The notes beneath the pieces were generated by a model. That model was not told the DNA's origin and ran no database searches. It saw only the letters and a program-made list of their open reading frames with translations. From the IMG/VR virus record IMGVR_UViG_3300028888_000069, positions 32,001 through 96,000 of that record: DNA of 64,000 nucleotides, one strand, 5' to 3'. Below, piece by piece: positions 9,154-19,629 of the stretch. The position numbers were made by a program, and so were the translations under genes. The DNA is from a virus. Taxonomy: Duplodnaviria > Caudoviricetes. Numbering within the stretch: position 1 is the stretch's first letter; each line of letters begins with the position of its first letter.

Positions 9154-9835
9154 TATTCATGGAAGAGATTTTTGGGAAAAACCTTGTAAAGAATGGGATG
9201 GTCCTATAATATTCTTAGGTGATTATTTTGATCCTTACCCTTCTGAGGGTATTAATGTAGAAGACGCAATAGAAAATGGAAAGAATTTAATATCTTTTAT
9301 AAAAAGTAGGGATAATATAATTACTCTAGCTGGAAATCACGATTGTCATTATATTATAAATGATTTTACAGTTAGCACTAGAAAATCCTATGAATATTTA
9401 GATGAGATAAAAGATCTATTAAATCAAATTCCACTACAATTAGCCCATCAAATAGATAATTTCTTGTTTACCCATGCTGGTGTATCTAAATTTTGGGGAG
9501 ACGAAATATCATCTTTTGAAGGCAATACAGTAGAGGTGTTAAATTCTCTTTTTGAAAAAGCTCTTAATGGAAATGCTGAAGCTACCTATATATTAGGAAT
9601 GGTAGGTAGAGAAAGGGGAGGATATTATAAATCAGGTTCTTGTGTATGGGCTGATATATATGAAACTATTGCTAGTGATCCTTATAAAGGATTTACCCAA
9701 GTTGTAGGACATACTCAAGTAAAAAATGTATGTTATGCAAAAGATCTTGATCCTAATTATAATTCTATTTATTATGTGGATTGTAGAAAACCAAGTATAT
9801 TAACTGATAATAAAATAATAGAATATGAAAACTAA
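9125..9835 (+). CDS. calcineurin-like metallophosphoesterase
   Basis: PDIHG, LGDYFD, GNHD, THAG and GHT motifs. Confidence 0.88.
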   Translation: MNTTTLIIPDIHGRDFWEKPCKEWDGPIIFLGDYFDPYPSEGINVEDAIENGKNLISFIKSRDNIITLAGNHDCHYIINDFTVSTRKSYEYLDEIKDLLNQIPLQLAHQIDNFLFTHAGVSKFWGDEISSFEGNTVEVLNSLFEKALNGNAEATYILGMVGRERGGYYKSGSCVWADIYETIASDPYKGFTQVVGHTQVKNVCYAKDLDPNYNSIYYVDCRKPSILTDNKIIEYEN

Positions 9836-10193
9836 ATGTTATATACTTACAGAAGACTTAATGGAACCTCATTTTGAAAATAATTATGAGGGAGAAAGAA
9901 TCGGAATTTATTACGATAAAGAAGATGCTATAAAACAGTTGTATAAGGAACTTGAGGATTTTAAATCTGATATAAAAGAAAAAATATGGGATGTAGAAAA
10001 TCCTGAAGAAGAAAAGAATTTAGAAAGCGAATTTTCTTACCTGCGTTATGGCAATGATGAATTATATAAATTTTGGGAAATATACCCTGTTTATATATAT
10101 GGAAATGCTAACAAAGAATTATGCAAGGATCTACTTAAATTAGATGTCAATTCGGCATTAGCATTAATAGAGAAAATAGCTTATGACTCTTAA
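9825..10193 (+). CDS. hypothetical protein
   Basis: 122 aa ORF in the operon. Confidence 0.6.
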   Translation: MKTKCYILTEDLMEPHFENNYEGERIGIYYDKEDAIKQLYKELEDFKSDIKEKIWDVENPEEEKNLESEFSYLRYGNDELYKFWEIYPVYIYGNANKELCKDLLKLDVNSALALIEKIAYDS

Positions 10194-10665
10194 ATACTTA
10201 ACTTCTGATGTAACTTTTTTAGAATTTCCTGATGAAATTTCTTTATGTATAAACATTAGCGGATGTCCAAACAAATGTGAAGGATGTCATAGTCCAGAAT
10301 TATGGGAAGACAAAGGAGCTTTATTAAATATTAATAATTTAGAATCTCTTATAGAACATAATGAAGGAATAACTTGTATAGGTCTAATGGGCGGAGACCA
10401 AGATCCCGGTGAAATAAATTCTCTTGCTGCTTATATAAAAGAAAGCCATCCTACTTTAAAGGTAGGATGGTATTCAGGAAAGGATAAATTACCAGAAGAA
10501 ATAGAACTTAAAAATTTTAATTATATTAAATTAGGTCCTTATATAAAATCTTTAGGTGGATTAACAAATCCTAAATCTAATCAGAACTTTTATGAAATAA
10601 GGGATATAGGAGTAGGTTATGTTTTACATAACGTAACTAATAAATTTATAAGAAAAAATGTATGA
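10183..10665 (+). CDS. nrdG: anaerobic RNR activating radical-SAM protein
   Basis: GCPNKCEGCHSP (CxxxCxxC), LMGGD, KLGPY, SNQ. Close to nrdD. Confidence 0.92.
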   Translation: MTLKYLTSDVTFLEFPDEISLCINISGCPNKCEGCHSPELWEDKGALLNINNLESLIEHNEGITCIGLMGGDQDPGEINSLAAYIKESHPTLKVGWYSGKDKLPEEIELKNFNYIKLGPYIKSLGGLTNPKSNQNFYEIRDIGVGYVLHNVTNKFIRKNV

Positions 10666-10927
10666 TGTAACTATAATTTATGATAATCCCCAAACTATTG
10701 AACTATTCAATATGGTCCCAAATAAAAAAGACATTTTTGTTGAATATATAGATATTAATAATCAAAAGGATCGTTCTAATGCAGTCAATTTAAAGAGAGC
10801 CTGGGGAGCAAGAAAGAATCCGTTTGTTATTGTAAAGAACAAAGATAATATAGAAAAGATTTTCTGGTCAGAAGGAAAAGATGATGCTGTTAATCAATTA
10901 ATTAAATGGATAAATGAGCTTGATTAA
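10658..10927 (+). CDS. hypothetical protein, possibly a glutaredoxin-like fold lacking CxxC
   Basis: EYIDI...WGARKNPFVIV resembles the cis-Pro region of thioredoxin-fold proteins. Confidence 0.45.
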   Translation: MYDVTIIYDNPQTIELFNMVPNKKDIFVEYIDINNQKDRSNAVNLKRAWGARKNPFVIVKNKDNIEKIFWSEGKDDAVNQLIKWINELD

Positions 10928-10940
10928 GAAATAAGAAAAA

Positions 10941-11381
10941 ATGAACGTTAAAATTAAAAAACTTAATGAAAATGCTGTAATCCCTTCTTATGCAAAACCT
11001 GGGGATGCAGGAATGGATTTAACTTCTATTAGTTACGAGTATGATGAAAATGCTGATAATCATATCTATGGTACAGGAATAGCTTTGGAAATACCAAAAG
11101 GATATGTTGGATTAATATTTCCAAGGAGTTCTAATAGAAAAACAAATAGTTATTTAACTAATCATGTTGGTGTTATAGATTCTGGTTATAGAGGTGAAAT
11201 AATGTTTACTTTTAAAAACAGGGATTCTAAGATGTTAGCTATTCCAGAAAAGCCTTATAAAGTTGGGGATAGAATAGGTCAAATTATTATTTTGCCTTAT
11301 CCAGAAATCAATTTTATAGAAACAGATGAACTTAATGATTCTGAAAGAGGAGAGAATGGACATGGAAGCACTGGAAACTAA
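10941..11381 (+). CDS. dut: dUTPase (trimeric)
   Basis: AGMDL, PRSS, GVIDSGYRGE, RIGQ and RGENGHGSTG motifs I-V. Confidence 0.96.
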   Translation: MNVKIKKLNENAVIPSYAKPGDAGMDLTSISYEYDENADNHIYGTGIALEIPKGYVGLIFPRSSNRKTNSYLTNHVGVIDSGYRGEIMFTFKNRDSKMLAIPEKPYKVGDRIGQIIILPYPEINFIETDELNDSERGENGHGSTGN

Positions 11382-11697
11382 AAAAGATAGTTTTATTAAG
11401 CTAATTAATTCCATTAAAAATATAGAAACTTTCGTAGACAATGCCGCTTCGTGCGGCATTGATCTTATAGAGTCTTCTTTATACAATGATAGTGGGATTA
11501 TATTTGATATAGCTTTAGATGGATTGGGTTTAAAACAAGATACTAAAGACCTCATTTATTGGTGGCTATATGAAACGGTAGACAAAGTAATTTTTATAGA
11601 AACAGACGATTTATTTGGAAAACATAAGAAGGAAATAGATATAAAAGATGTTGAAGATTTATGGAAATATGTTAAGTATATAGAAAATGCAGACTGA
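11356..11697 (+). CDS. hypothetical protein
   Basis: ORF 11326-11697, likely start ATG11356. LIYWWLYE motif. Confidence 0.55.
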   Translation: MDMEALETKKDSFIKLINSIKNIETFVDNAASCGIDLIESSLYNDSGIIFDIALDGLGLKQDTKDLIYWWLYETVDKVIFIETDDLFGKHKKEIDIKDVEDLWKYVKYIENAD

Positions 11698-12934
11698 TTT
11701 ATTTAATACAGAACCTTTATTACAATTTCCTGCTGTTAATTATTTAGCTACCAGAGATTCTAAAGGAGCTATTAGAGTTGTAGAACTTTTTTGTGATTGG
11801 AGTGATGAAGAACATGCTTTTATTATAAGTAGAAAAACAGGTATATTTAAAATGAAGCAGACAAAGCAACCTGAAATTATAATAAGGCGAGGAAAATCTA
11901 ATAGAACTGTAACAGAACAAGCAAGATTAGAATATAAAGCTAAACTTAAAGAATATAAAGATAAAGGATATAAAGAATTAGAAAGGCCTTGGTCTCAATA
12001 TTCTGATAAAGAAATAAGTGATTTAGTAGGAGAATATAAAACAACTCAAGAAGGTCTTTTAAAACCTATGCTTGCTAAACAATATCAAGACATTGCTCGT
12101 AAAAATGTCTTTGATAAACAGTACTATGGTTCTAGAAAGATTAATGGAGTAAGATGTTTATTATATTGGGATGGAAAAAGAATAAGAGCACATTCTAGAG
12201 GTTCTATATATTATGATTTTGTTCTTAGTCATATAGTAACTCATCCTCTTTTGGTTAAACTTTTTGAAAAGAATCCTTCTTTAATAATGGATGGAGAAAT
12301 ATATAAACATGGATGGACATTAAATAAAATAAGCGGAATTTGCAGATCACAACAAACTGCTTATGATGGAGATCCATTAGAGTTTTATTGGTATGATATT
12401 GTTGATGTTACTAAATCTTTTAAAGATAGGTTTAAAATAATGAATGCTATTTCTAAAGTTATTGGTGCATCTTTTGATCCAGAAAAAGAATGGAAAGAAG
12501 AAGATTTAAAAATACAATTTGTTCCACAAGTATTAATATCTGGAATCGATAATATGAAGAAATTACATGATGAATACGTTAAAGAAGGATGGGAAGGACT
12601 TGTTGTAAGAAACGTAGAAAGTGTATATAAACCAGGAAGTCGTTCTGCTGATATGATTAAAATAAAGAAATACTTTGATGGGGAATATAAAATTATAGGT
12701 ATAAAAGAAGGATTGAGAGAAGAAGATATGTGTTTTGTAATGGAAACTTCTAATGGCCAAGAATTTAATGCCAAGCCTATAGGAGACAGAGAACAAAAGA
12801 AATGGTATAGAGAACATCTTGATGAATTAATAGGGAAAATGGGAACTCTTAAATTCTTTGAGATGTCTGGAAAAGAAGGAAGCGAAATACCACAACAACC
12901 TATATTTTTAGGAGTAAGAGATTCAGAAATGTAA
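11687..12934 (+). CDS. ATP-dependent DNA ligase
   Basis: KPMLA, KINGVR (motif I), MDGEIY, YDI, EGLVVR, KIK. Confidence 0.93.
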   Translation: MQTDLFNTEPLLQFPAVNYLATRDSKGAIRVVELFCDWSDEEHAFIISRKTGIFKMKQTKQPEIIIRRGKSNRTVTEQARLEYKAKLKEYKDKGYKELERPWSQYSDKEISDLVGEYKTTQEGLLKPMLAKQYQDIARKNVFDKQYYGSRKINGVRCLLYWDGKRIRAHSRGSIYYDFVLSHIVTHPLLVKLFEKNPSLIMDGEIYKHGWTLNKISGICRSQQTAYDGDPLEFYWYDIVDVTKSFKDRFKIMNAISKVIGASFDPEKEWKEEDLKIQFVPQVLISGIDNMKKLHDEYVKEGWEGLVVRNVESVYKPGSRSADMIKIKKYFDGEYKIIGIKEGLREEDMCFVMETSNGQEFNAKPIGDREQKKWYREHLDELIGKMGTLKFFEMSGKEGSEIPQQPIFLGVRDSEM

Positions 12935-13473
12935 TGGATTTAATTATTAACAGCAGTTTTTTAAGAGAACTTGATTTAAGTAAATTTCTTAGATATTTTG
13001 CATGTTATGAATTTATAAGTGATGAAATGCTAAAGGATGATTTAGCATTAGAAGATGCTATAAAAGATATATGTGATTGGGATAGAACAGGACACGATGG
13101 CCTTGCTTTATATTGTGGCCATTTTGAAAGTATAAAAAGAAACGATTTAGAATTTCTTATTAAATATATAAAGGATAACTCTGATAAACTAAAAGAAATA
13201 GTTGAAGAAAGAGGCTCCGAAAAAAGAGAACAGATATTAAGGGAAAAGTTAGATAAGGAAGCCTTAAAGATAAGAAAATTAAAAGACTATTATAATTCTG
13301 ATAACTATAAAGTGAATAAATCTTCTAAGAAAACTATTTATAAAGGAAGAGAATATGATAGTAGAAGAGAATGTATTATAAAAGAAGGAATAACTAAGGC
13401 AGAATTATATAAGTATTTAGTTGAGCAAAATCCAGAAGAGTTTGTTGAATTAAGAAAAAAATATAAATTATGA
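12934..13473 (+). CDS. hypothetical protein (C-terminal NUMOD-like segment)
   Basis: 179 aa. IYKGREYDSRRECIIKEGIT resembles small DNA-binding modules. Confidence 0.55.
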   Translation: MDLIINSSFLRELDLSKFLRYFACYEFISDEMLKDDLALEDAIKDICDWDRTGHDGLALYCGHFESIKRNDLEFLIKYIKDNSDKLKEIVEERGSEKREQILREKLDKEALKIRKLKDYYNSDNYKVNKSSKKTIYKGREYDSRRECIIKEGITKAELYKYLVEQNPEEFVELRKKYKL

Positions 13474-14333
13474 AAGATATAAAAATAACTAGTCGTTCTT
13501 ATATAAACCAAAAAGAGGATAATCTTAACTATTTCTTTAGAGACATATATAAATATCCTTTATTAACAGCAGAAGAAGAAAAGAAAGTATGTAAACTATT
13601 AAAATCTGAAGATACTAAAGAAGAAGCTATTGATAAACTTGTTAAATCAAATATTAGATTTGTTATAACAGTTGCTAAACAATATCAAGGGCAGGGAGTA
13701 TTATTGTCGGATTTAATTATGAGTGGGATAGAAGGGTTAATAGAAAGTGCTCATAAATTTGATCCTGATAGAGGATATAAGTTTATTACTTTTGCTGTTT
13801 GGTATATAAGAAGAGAAGTAATAAAAGCCATTTATAATACAGGTAGGACTATACGTTATCCTACTTCTTATATATGTAAATTATCTAAAGTTACAAAAGC
13901 CTATGACTCTTTTGTTAATAAGAACAATAGAGAACCTAATGAAAAAGAATTATTAGAACTTACTAATTTAAGTCAAAAACAATATCAAGATGTAGTAAAT
14001 AATCAATCATATTGTACATCTATTGATTTACCTGCTTATGATGATTCTGATTCTACTGTGGCGGATTTAGTTCCGACTTCTGATATTGATCCTGTATCTT
14101 CTACTGATAATTCAATAATTAAAGAAAAAATATATTCTTTATTATCTAGTTTCGGAAAAAGAGAAAAAGATATATTTAGACTATTCTTTGGATTAGATTG
14201 TGCAAAAATGAATCCTAGAGAAATAGGAGAATTGTTTGGATTAGTAGGAGAAAGAATAAGGCAATTAAAAAATAAAGTTGTGGAAAAGATAAAAAAGGAT
14301 AAAGAACTTAATAGAATTTATAATTCTTTATAA
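13470..14333 (+). CDS. RNA polymerase sigma-70 family factor (RpoD-like, no region 1.1)
   Basis: YFRDI..YPLLTAEEE, LVKSNIRFVITVAKQYQGQG, KFDPDRGYKFITFAVWYIR, EIGELFGLVGERIRQL. Confidence 0.93.
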   Translation: MKDIKITSRSYINQKEDNLNYFFRDIYKYPLLTAEEEKKVCKLLKSEDTKEEAIDKLVKSNIRFVITVAKQYQGQGVLLSDLIMSGIEGLIESAHKFDPDRGYKFITFAVWYIRREVIKAIYNTGRTIRYPTSYICKLSKVTKAYDSFVNKNNREPNEKELLELTNLSQKQYQDVVNNQSYCTSIDLPAYDDSDSTVADLVPTSDIDPVSSTDNSIIKEKIYSLLSSFGKREKDIFRLFFGLDCAKMNPREIGELFGLVGERIRQLKNKVVEKIKKDKELNRIYNSL

Positions 14334-14334
14334 T

Positions 14335-14700
14335 ATGGCTAAAAAAGTAGCAGTTACAAAAAAAGTTAAAGCCAAAAGACATCTGGGGTATTATATATTA
14401 AAAATAAAATCTCCAGATGGAAAGGCTTTTGGTAAAACGGATTTAAATACAGAAAGTTGGTGTGATTTATATTTTATAAATTTAGAAAATCTATTAATGA
14501 AAAATAAAGACACATTAACTTTAGATAGTGCTGAAACTATACTTGATAAGTATAATCAAATTTATACTAAATATAAAGCCTTTTCTACCTATGTTGATAG
14601 TTGGGATAATAAATGGCATGGAAAATTAGGTATGGTTTCAGAAAAGAAAAGATTAGAATATTTAAAAGATAAAATTTCTAAAATATTGAATAATGACTGA
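14335..14700 (+). CDS. hypothetical protein
   Basis: 121 aa ORF in the operon. Confidence 0.6.
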   Translation: MAKKVAVTKKVKAKRHLGYYILKIKSPDGKAFGKTDLNTESWCDLYFINLENLLMKNKDTLTLDSAETILDKYNQIYTKYKAFSTYVDSWDNKWHGKLGMVSEKKRLEYLKDKISKILNND

Positions 14701-15058
14701 ACAAGAATTTTTAAACAAACGTTATCCTTTTTGGTTAGATCCTGAAACTTTAGCAATTAGGTTTCCAACAGGTATGGATAGAGATGATAGACTGGATAAG
14801 ATATTATCAAAATATGGTGTATCTTGGTTAATTGCTTTAAGGGGTTATTATATTCCAGATGAATATATAATGTTATATACTATGGATTATGAAATTCCTA
14901 ATTGCAATGTTTCTCTTATACAATATTTGTTAAATTATTTTCCAACTATTAAATGGGTTGGATTAGGCTGTACTAAAGGAAAGCCTGGAGAATTTTGGAA
15001 ACCTCGTATGGTGTTTATGAGAGATAGTAATAATTATGAACAATTAAAAATGGAATAA
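14693..15058 (+). CDS. hypothetical protein
   Basis: 121 aa ORF in the operon. Confidence 0.6.
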   Translation: MTEQEFLNKRYPFWLDPETLAIRFPTGMDRDDRLDKILSKYGVSWLIALRGYYIPDEYIMLYTMDYEIPNCNVSLIQYLLNYFPTIKWVGLGCTKGKPGEFWKPRMVFMRDSNNYEQLKME

Positions 15059-15059
15059 T

Positions 15060-15377
15060 ATGGCTAATTTTTGTGATAATAGATTTTATTTTAGTTGTAA
15101 AAAGAATTTTGCAAAGAACATAGAATATTTGGAAAAAGAATTAGAAGATTATAATGTAGAATTATTCAATGACGATTATAGTGAAGGAGCAACAGATGGA
15201 GTCTTTGTATCTAAATGGTCTTTTCCAACGAGAGAATTTGAAGAAATATTTTCTAAATTTAAAAAAGAAGATGGAGTATATTTCAGGTGTTTGTCTGAAG
15301 ACTTTGAAGGAGGCTATGTAGCTATGAATATATTTGAAGATAATGAATGGAGATCTGAACAGACTTTTGATTTATGA
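15060..15377 (+). CDS. YubB/DUF1281-like ferredoxin-fold protein
   Basis: MANFCDN start and FVSKWSFP motif. Confidence 0.5.
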   Translation: MANFCDNRFYFSCKKNFAKNIEYLEKELEDYNVELFNDDYSEGATDGVFVSKWSFPTREFEEIFSKFKKEDGVYFRCLSEDFEGGYVAMNIFEDNEWRSEQTFDL

Positions 15378-15643
15378 AAACCTATTATTTTGATGAACAA
15401 GTGGCTATATGGAAAAGAACAAGAGTTTCTGTTCCAGATGAGGTTACAGAGGAAGAATTTATAGAACAGTGTAAAGGAAATAAAGCCTATAAATTAGAAG
15501 AAGAGCATGAAGATTGGGAAATAAGTGAAGCTGAATACTTAGAAGATACAGAATGGCCAATAGAAGACCTAAATCCTGATGAACCTCATACAGAAATTAT
15601 TAATCCTAGTAGCGAGCTTAATTATGTAATATATAATGAATAA
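15374..15643 (+). CDS. hypothetical acidic protein
   Basis: 89 aa, ATGA-coupled to the upstream gene. Confidence 0.55.
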   Translation: MKTYYFDEQVAIWKRTRVSVPDEVTEEEFIEQCKGNKAYKLEEEHEDWEISEAEYLEDTEWPIEDLNPDEPHTEIINPSSELNYVIYNE

Positions 15644-15762
15644 TGAAATTTTTAGATAAATATCCAGAATGTAAAGGGTGCCCTGTACATAAATACTGTG
15701 GCACTATGGTAAGTTCTATAAGATTATGTAATTCCTATGAAAAAAATAAAAAGAATAATTAA
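15643..15762 (+). CDS. small Cys-rich protein (39 aa, not in ORF track)
   Basis: TAATG-coupled. MKFLDKYPECKGCPVHKYCGTMVSSIRLCNSYEKNKKNN. Confidence 0.55.
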   Translation: MKFLDKYPECKGCPVHKYCGTMVSSIRLCNSYEKNKKNN

Positions 15763-16327
15763 TAATATAAAATTATGTATTAAATATCCTTTTTTATATC
15801 CAAGAAATAGATTTACTAATACTCATTATGTTAATTGGAAATTTAAAGAATGGTATAGTAAATTAAGGAAAGAATCTACACATTTTGATAAGGAAACATT
15901 TAAGTCTACCATAACAAATAGACCTAAATATATTCTATATAAAATATGTAAATGGATACATGATTACCCAATGCAATTATTTCACTGTATTCCTACTTAT
16001 ACTGAATTAGATGCAATGGATAAAGGTTGGAGAAAGGCTTTTGGAGTAAAAATGTGTGAAGAAATTAAGCAGGCTTTATTAAAATCAGGTGGAAGAAAAG
16101 ATTTATATAAATATAGAATAATGCAAATAAAAGAAAAGTGGGGAGGCTTAAGATGGTATGATGCTTGGTCTACACACGAAATAATGAAAATTATTTCTAA
16201 ATATGAAGGCATTTCTTATAGAACCTGTATAGAATGTGGAAAACCTGCTAAATGGGTATCAAAAGGATGGATATGTCCTTATTGCGATGATTGCAAAGAA
16301 AAAGATAGGGAATATGATAGAATTTAA
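15737..16327 (+). CDS. conserved phage protein with C-terminal zinc finger
   Basis: QIKEKWGGLRWY followed by CIECGKP...WICPYCDDC. Confidence 0.65.
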   Translation: MKKIKRIINNIKLCIKYPFLYPRNRFTNTHYVNWKFKEWYSKLRKESTHFDKETFKSTITNRPKYILYKICKWIHDYPMQLFHCIPTYTELDAMDKGWRKAFGVKMCEEIKQALLKSGGRKDLYKYRIMQIKEKWGGLRWYDAWSTHEIMKIISKYEGISYRTCIECGKPAKWVSKGWICPYCDDCKEKDREYDRI

Positions 16328-16511
16328 ATTAAATTATAATGAAGAAAAAGAAGCAAATGATTTTCTAAAAGAACACAGGAATTGCGGTAATCCTACTGCT
16401 ATTGGTGGTCATATTAAATTTATATTTACACCAACTTCTGTAGGGGATTCTTGCATATTAAAATGTGTTTGCGGAAAAGAAAAAGATATAACTGATTATA
16501 ATTGTTGGTGA
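16314..16511 (+). CDS. small zinc-binding hypothetical protein
   Basis: ATG16314. HRNC...FTPTSVG...KCVCG...DITDYNCW. Confidence 0.55.
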   Translation: MIEFKLNYNEEKEANDFLKEHRNCGNPTAIGGHIKFIFTPTSVGDSCILKCVCGKEKDITDYNCW

Positions 16512-16514
16512 GAA

Positions 16515-18710
16515 ATGATTTACTTAATTAGTGGACAACAAAGTCTATTTAAATCAGATAAATATAAAGTAATTAGTGCGGAGAAGGCTCTAGAAATGTT
16601 AGAGCCTCTCCAAATTGTACAGTGTGATACTGAAACTATGGGTTTAGACCCATATACAAAACCCTTACTTACTATTCAATTAGGTAAAAAGGAAAATCAA
16701 TTTGTGTTTGATTGTACCCAAGGAATACCTAGTGGGGTAAAAGAATTTTTAGAATCCGATAGATTATTTATTTTTCATAACGCTCAATTTGATTTGATGT
16801 ATCTATATTATTATAATATTTGGCCTGAGAATATCTATGATACTATGTTAGTTGAACAATTATTGTATCTAGGATGGGAAGACGAATCTATATCATATGC
16901 TCTAAAAGAACTTGCCAAAAGATATTTAAATATAGATATTGATAAAACAGTTAGAGGAAAAATTATTACAGAAGGACTAACAGAAAGAGTCATTGTTTAT
17001 GCAGCTGGAGATGTTATGTATCTAGAAGATATAAAAGATCTTCAAGAAATTAAAGTTAAAGAAGAGAATTTAGATAAAGCAGTAGCTGTTGAAAATTCTT
17101 TTGTTAAATGTTTAGCCTATGTTAAGTATTGTGGATTTCATTTAGATGCACAACAATGGCAAGAAAAAATGAATAGAGATAATGCTAAACTTAATGAGGC
17201 TAAAGAAGAATTAAGATTATGGCTTTTAAATTATTTTGACAAGAAAGGTGGAGATAGACAAACTATGATGTTAGATGTAGAACATATAGTTGATTCTCAA
17301 TGGATTCATTCAGAAGAAGAATTAAATGAATTTGGATTTAAGATGGAAATTGCTCCTAAAGGAATAAAAGAATCTGATTTTTATATTAAAGATTCTGGTA
17401 TAGAAGAAGTTGGTAAACTTTATTGTTATAAAACTAGAGAAAAATTTCCTTATTTAGAAATAGATCTACAAGGAGATTTATGGTCTGGTTTTAATAAAGA
17501 ACCACAATGTACAGTAAATTGGGATAGTCCAAAACAATTAATTCCTTTATTTGAATCTTTAGGTTTTAATCTATATACCTTTGATAAAAAGACAAAAGAG
17601 AAAAAGAAATCTGTTGGTGCTGAAATTATAGAAAAACAAATTAATGTTTCTACTATTGCTCCTTTATATTTAAAATATAAGGAAGCAGCAAAAGTATGTT
17701 CATCTTTTGGGCAAAACTGGTTAAAAGCTATAAATAAAGTAAGTGGTAGAATACATGTTGATTTTAAACAATTAGGAACTAATACAGCACGATTAAGTAG
17801 TGGTGGAGGAGTCTATAAACTTAATGTGCAACAATTACCAAGAGGAAAAGAAACAAGAAAATGTTTTACTTCTGAAAAAGGTAATAAATGGATTAGTTGT
17901 GATTATGATAGCCAGGAAAGTCAACTAATTGCTTCTGTATGTAATGATCCAGCAATGTTGGATTTGTATAGAAATGGTTGCGGAGATATGCATGCTCTAG
18001 TTGCTTATAAAAGTTTTAAACAAATTCCTAGGGATACTAAAATAGAAGATATAAGTAAACTATATAAAGACTTAAGACAAAAAGCTAAAGGAGTAGAATT
18101 TGCTATTAATTATGGTGGTGATGATAATACTTTAGCACAACGTGGTATGTCTCCAATAGAAGCAAAAAGAGTATATAATGATTATATGAAGGGCTTTCCA
18201 GGAGTAAAAGCTTATCAAGATTATTGTAGAAAAGCTGTTATGAATGATGGCTATATTCTTATGAATCCTGTAACAGGACATAGGGCACATATTGAAGATT
18301 GGGATTTTCTAGAAGAAATAAGGGATGAAATGAAAGATCCAGATTTCTGGAGATATTATAATGATGTAAAGAGGGAAAGAGGTCCAGAATATAATAGATA
18401 TAGAAAATATTTTAGAAGAAAATCTGAATTAGAAAAAGACTCTATTAACTACAGGATACAAAATAGAGGTGCCATGTGTTTTAAATTATCTGGAATATTA
18501 TTATTTAAATATATTAAAGAACATAATCTTCTTAATAAAGTTAAATTATGCATTCCTGTTCATGATGAATGGAATGTAGAAGTTCCAGAAGATATAGCCG
18601 AAGATATGGCAAAAGTTATTGTAGATTGTATGGAAAAAGGTGCGGCACCTTTCTGTAAAAGATTGCATCTAAGTGCTACACCAGAAATATCAAATTGTTG
18701 GGTACATTAA
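16515..18710 (+). CDS. polA: DNA polymerase family A with 3'-5' exonuclease
   Basis: DTET, HNAQFD, YAAGD (ExoI-III). TARLSS, CDYDSQE (motif A), RQKAKGVEFAINYG (B), VHDE (C). Confidence 0.96.
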   Translation: MIYLISGQQSLFKSDKYKVISAEKALEMLEPLQIVQCDTETMGLDPYTKPLLTIQLGKKENQFVFDCTQGIPSGVKEFLESDRLFIFHNAQFDLMYLYYYNIWPENIYDTMLVEQLLYLGWEDESISYALKELAKRYLNIDIDKTVRGKIITEGLTERVIVYAAGDVMYLEDIKDLQEIKVKEENLDKAVAVENSFVKCLAYVKYCGFHLDAQQWQEKMNRDNAKLNEAKEELRLWLLNYFDKKGGDRQTMMLDVEHIVDSQWIHSEEELNEFGFKMEIAPKGIKESDFYIKDSGIEEVGKLYCYKTREKFPYLEIDLQGDLWSGFNKEPQCTVNWDSPKQLIPLFESLGFNLYTFDKKTKEKKKSVGAEIIEKQINVSTIAPLYLKYKEAAKVCSSFGQNWLKAINKVSGRIHVDFKQLGTNTARLSSGGGVYKLNVQQLPRGKETRKCFTSEKGNKWISCDYDSQESQLIASVCNDPAMLDLYRNGCGDMHALVAYKSFKQIPRDTKIEDISKLYKDLRQKAKGVEFAINYGGDDNTLAQRGMSPIEAKRVYNDYMKGFPGVKAYQDYCRKAVMNDGYILMNPVTGHRAHIEDWDFLEEIRDEMKDPDFWRYYNDVKRERGPEYNRYRKYFRRKSELEKDSINYRIQNRGAMCFKLSGILLFKYIKEHNLLNKVKLCIPVHDEWNVEVPEDIAEDMAKVIVDCMEKGAAPFCKRLHLSATPEISNCWVH

Positions 18711-18711
18711 T

Positions 18712-18846
18712 ATGAAAAAGGATCATTGTAAGTATTGTACATATTTTAAGATATTAAAAAGAGAGGACGGATCAGAAAGGAACTACTGTAACGATATGGA
18801 TTGTACAGTAGATCCTTCGGATCCTGCTTGTAATTATTATGATTAA
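18712..18846 (+). CDS. small Cys-rich protein (44 aa, not in ORF track)
   Basis: Fills the polA-thyX gap. MKKDHCKYCTYF...YCNDMDCTVDPSDPACNYYD. Confidence 0.6.
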   Translation: MKKDHCKYCTYFKILKREDGSERNYCNDMDCTVDPSDPACNYYD

Positions 18847-18849
18847 TTT

Positions 18850-19629
18850 ATGAAGACTTTAAAACCTAGTGTTGAATTTATTGAAAATGATAATGTTTTC
18901 AAAAAGATTGAATTAGTTGGAAGAATATCTTATAAAAGTGAAGATAAGATAACAGAAGATTCAGCTAAGAAATTTGTTAAGATGTTAGAAGAAAAAGGAC
19001 ATGGAGCACCATTAGAACATGGAATAATATATTTGGTATTAAATTTAAGTAATCCTTTTAAAAGAAAATTTGTAGAGTTTTTTGAAACAAATCCTTATAG
19101 TACTGTAGTAATAAGTGATAATCATGCTTATATTACGACTAACTATAGAGTAGTATTTGAAAACAAATTATTTGAAGTAATGGATTGGTTAAGTACTAGA
19201 ACAGAGCTTCATGTTCAAATGTTTACTTTTAAATTCATATGTAGTAGAGCTATAGCAAATGAATTTGTAAGGCATAGAAAGTTTAGTTTTATGCAAGAAA
19301 GTACAAGGTATTGTAATTATTCTAAAGACAAATTTAATAATGAAATAACTTGTATAGAACCAACTCTTTTGACTGAAGATAATTACAGAATATGGAAAGA
19401 AGCAATGAAAAATGCAGAAAAGAGTTATATGGATCTTGTTAAAAACGAAGCTCCTCAAATTGCCAGAGGTGTATTACCTTTAGATTTAAAAACAGAATTA
19501 GTAATGACAGGCTCTCTTAAAGATTGGGCAGATTTCTTAAAACTAAGAAGCACTAAAATGAATGCAAAAGGAGTTCATCCAGATGCAGCATATTTAGCAG
19601 ATAAAGTATTTGATAAAATATTTGTATAA
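18850..19629 (+). CDS. thyX: FAD-dependent thymidylate synthase
   Basis: GHGAPLEH, RHRKFSFMQESTRY (RHRxxSxxxxSxR), ARGVLP. Confidence 0.95.
   Translation: MKTLKPSVEFIENDNVFKKIELVGRISYKSEDKITEDSAKKFVKMLEEKGHGAPLEHGIIYLVLNLSNPFKRKFVEFFETNPYSTVVISDNHAYITTNYRVVFENKLFEVMDWLSTRTELHVQMFTFKFICSRAIANEFVRHRKFSFMQESTRYCNYSKDKFNNEITCIEPTLLTEDNYRIWKEAMKNAEKSYMDLVKNEAPQIARGVLPLDLKTELVMTGSLKDWADFLKLRSTKMNAKGVHPDAAYLADKVFDKIFV

Noticed and set aside
17230-17480. Possible intein or intron in PolA (extra segment in the thumb region)
   Set aside because: The frame is continuous with no intein C1/His-Asn splice motifs or homing endonuclease, so it looks like a simple insertion.
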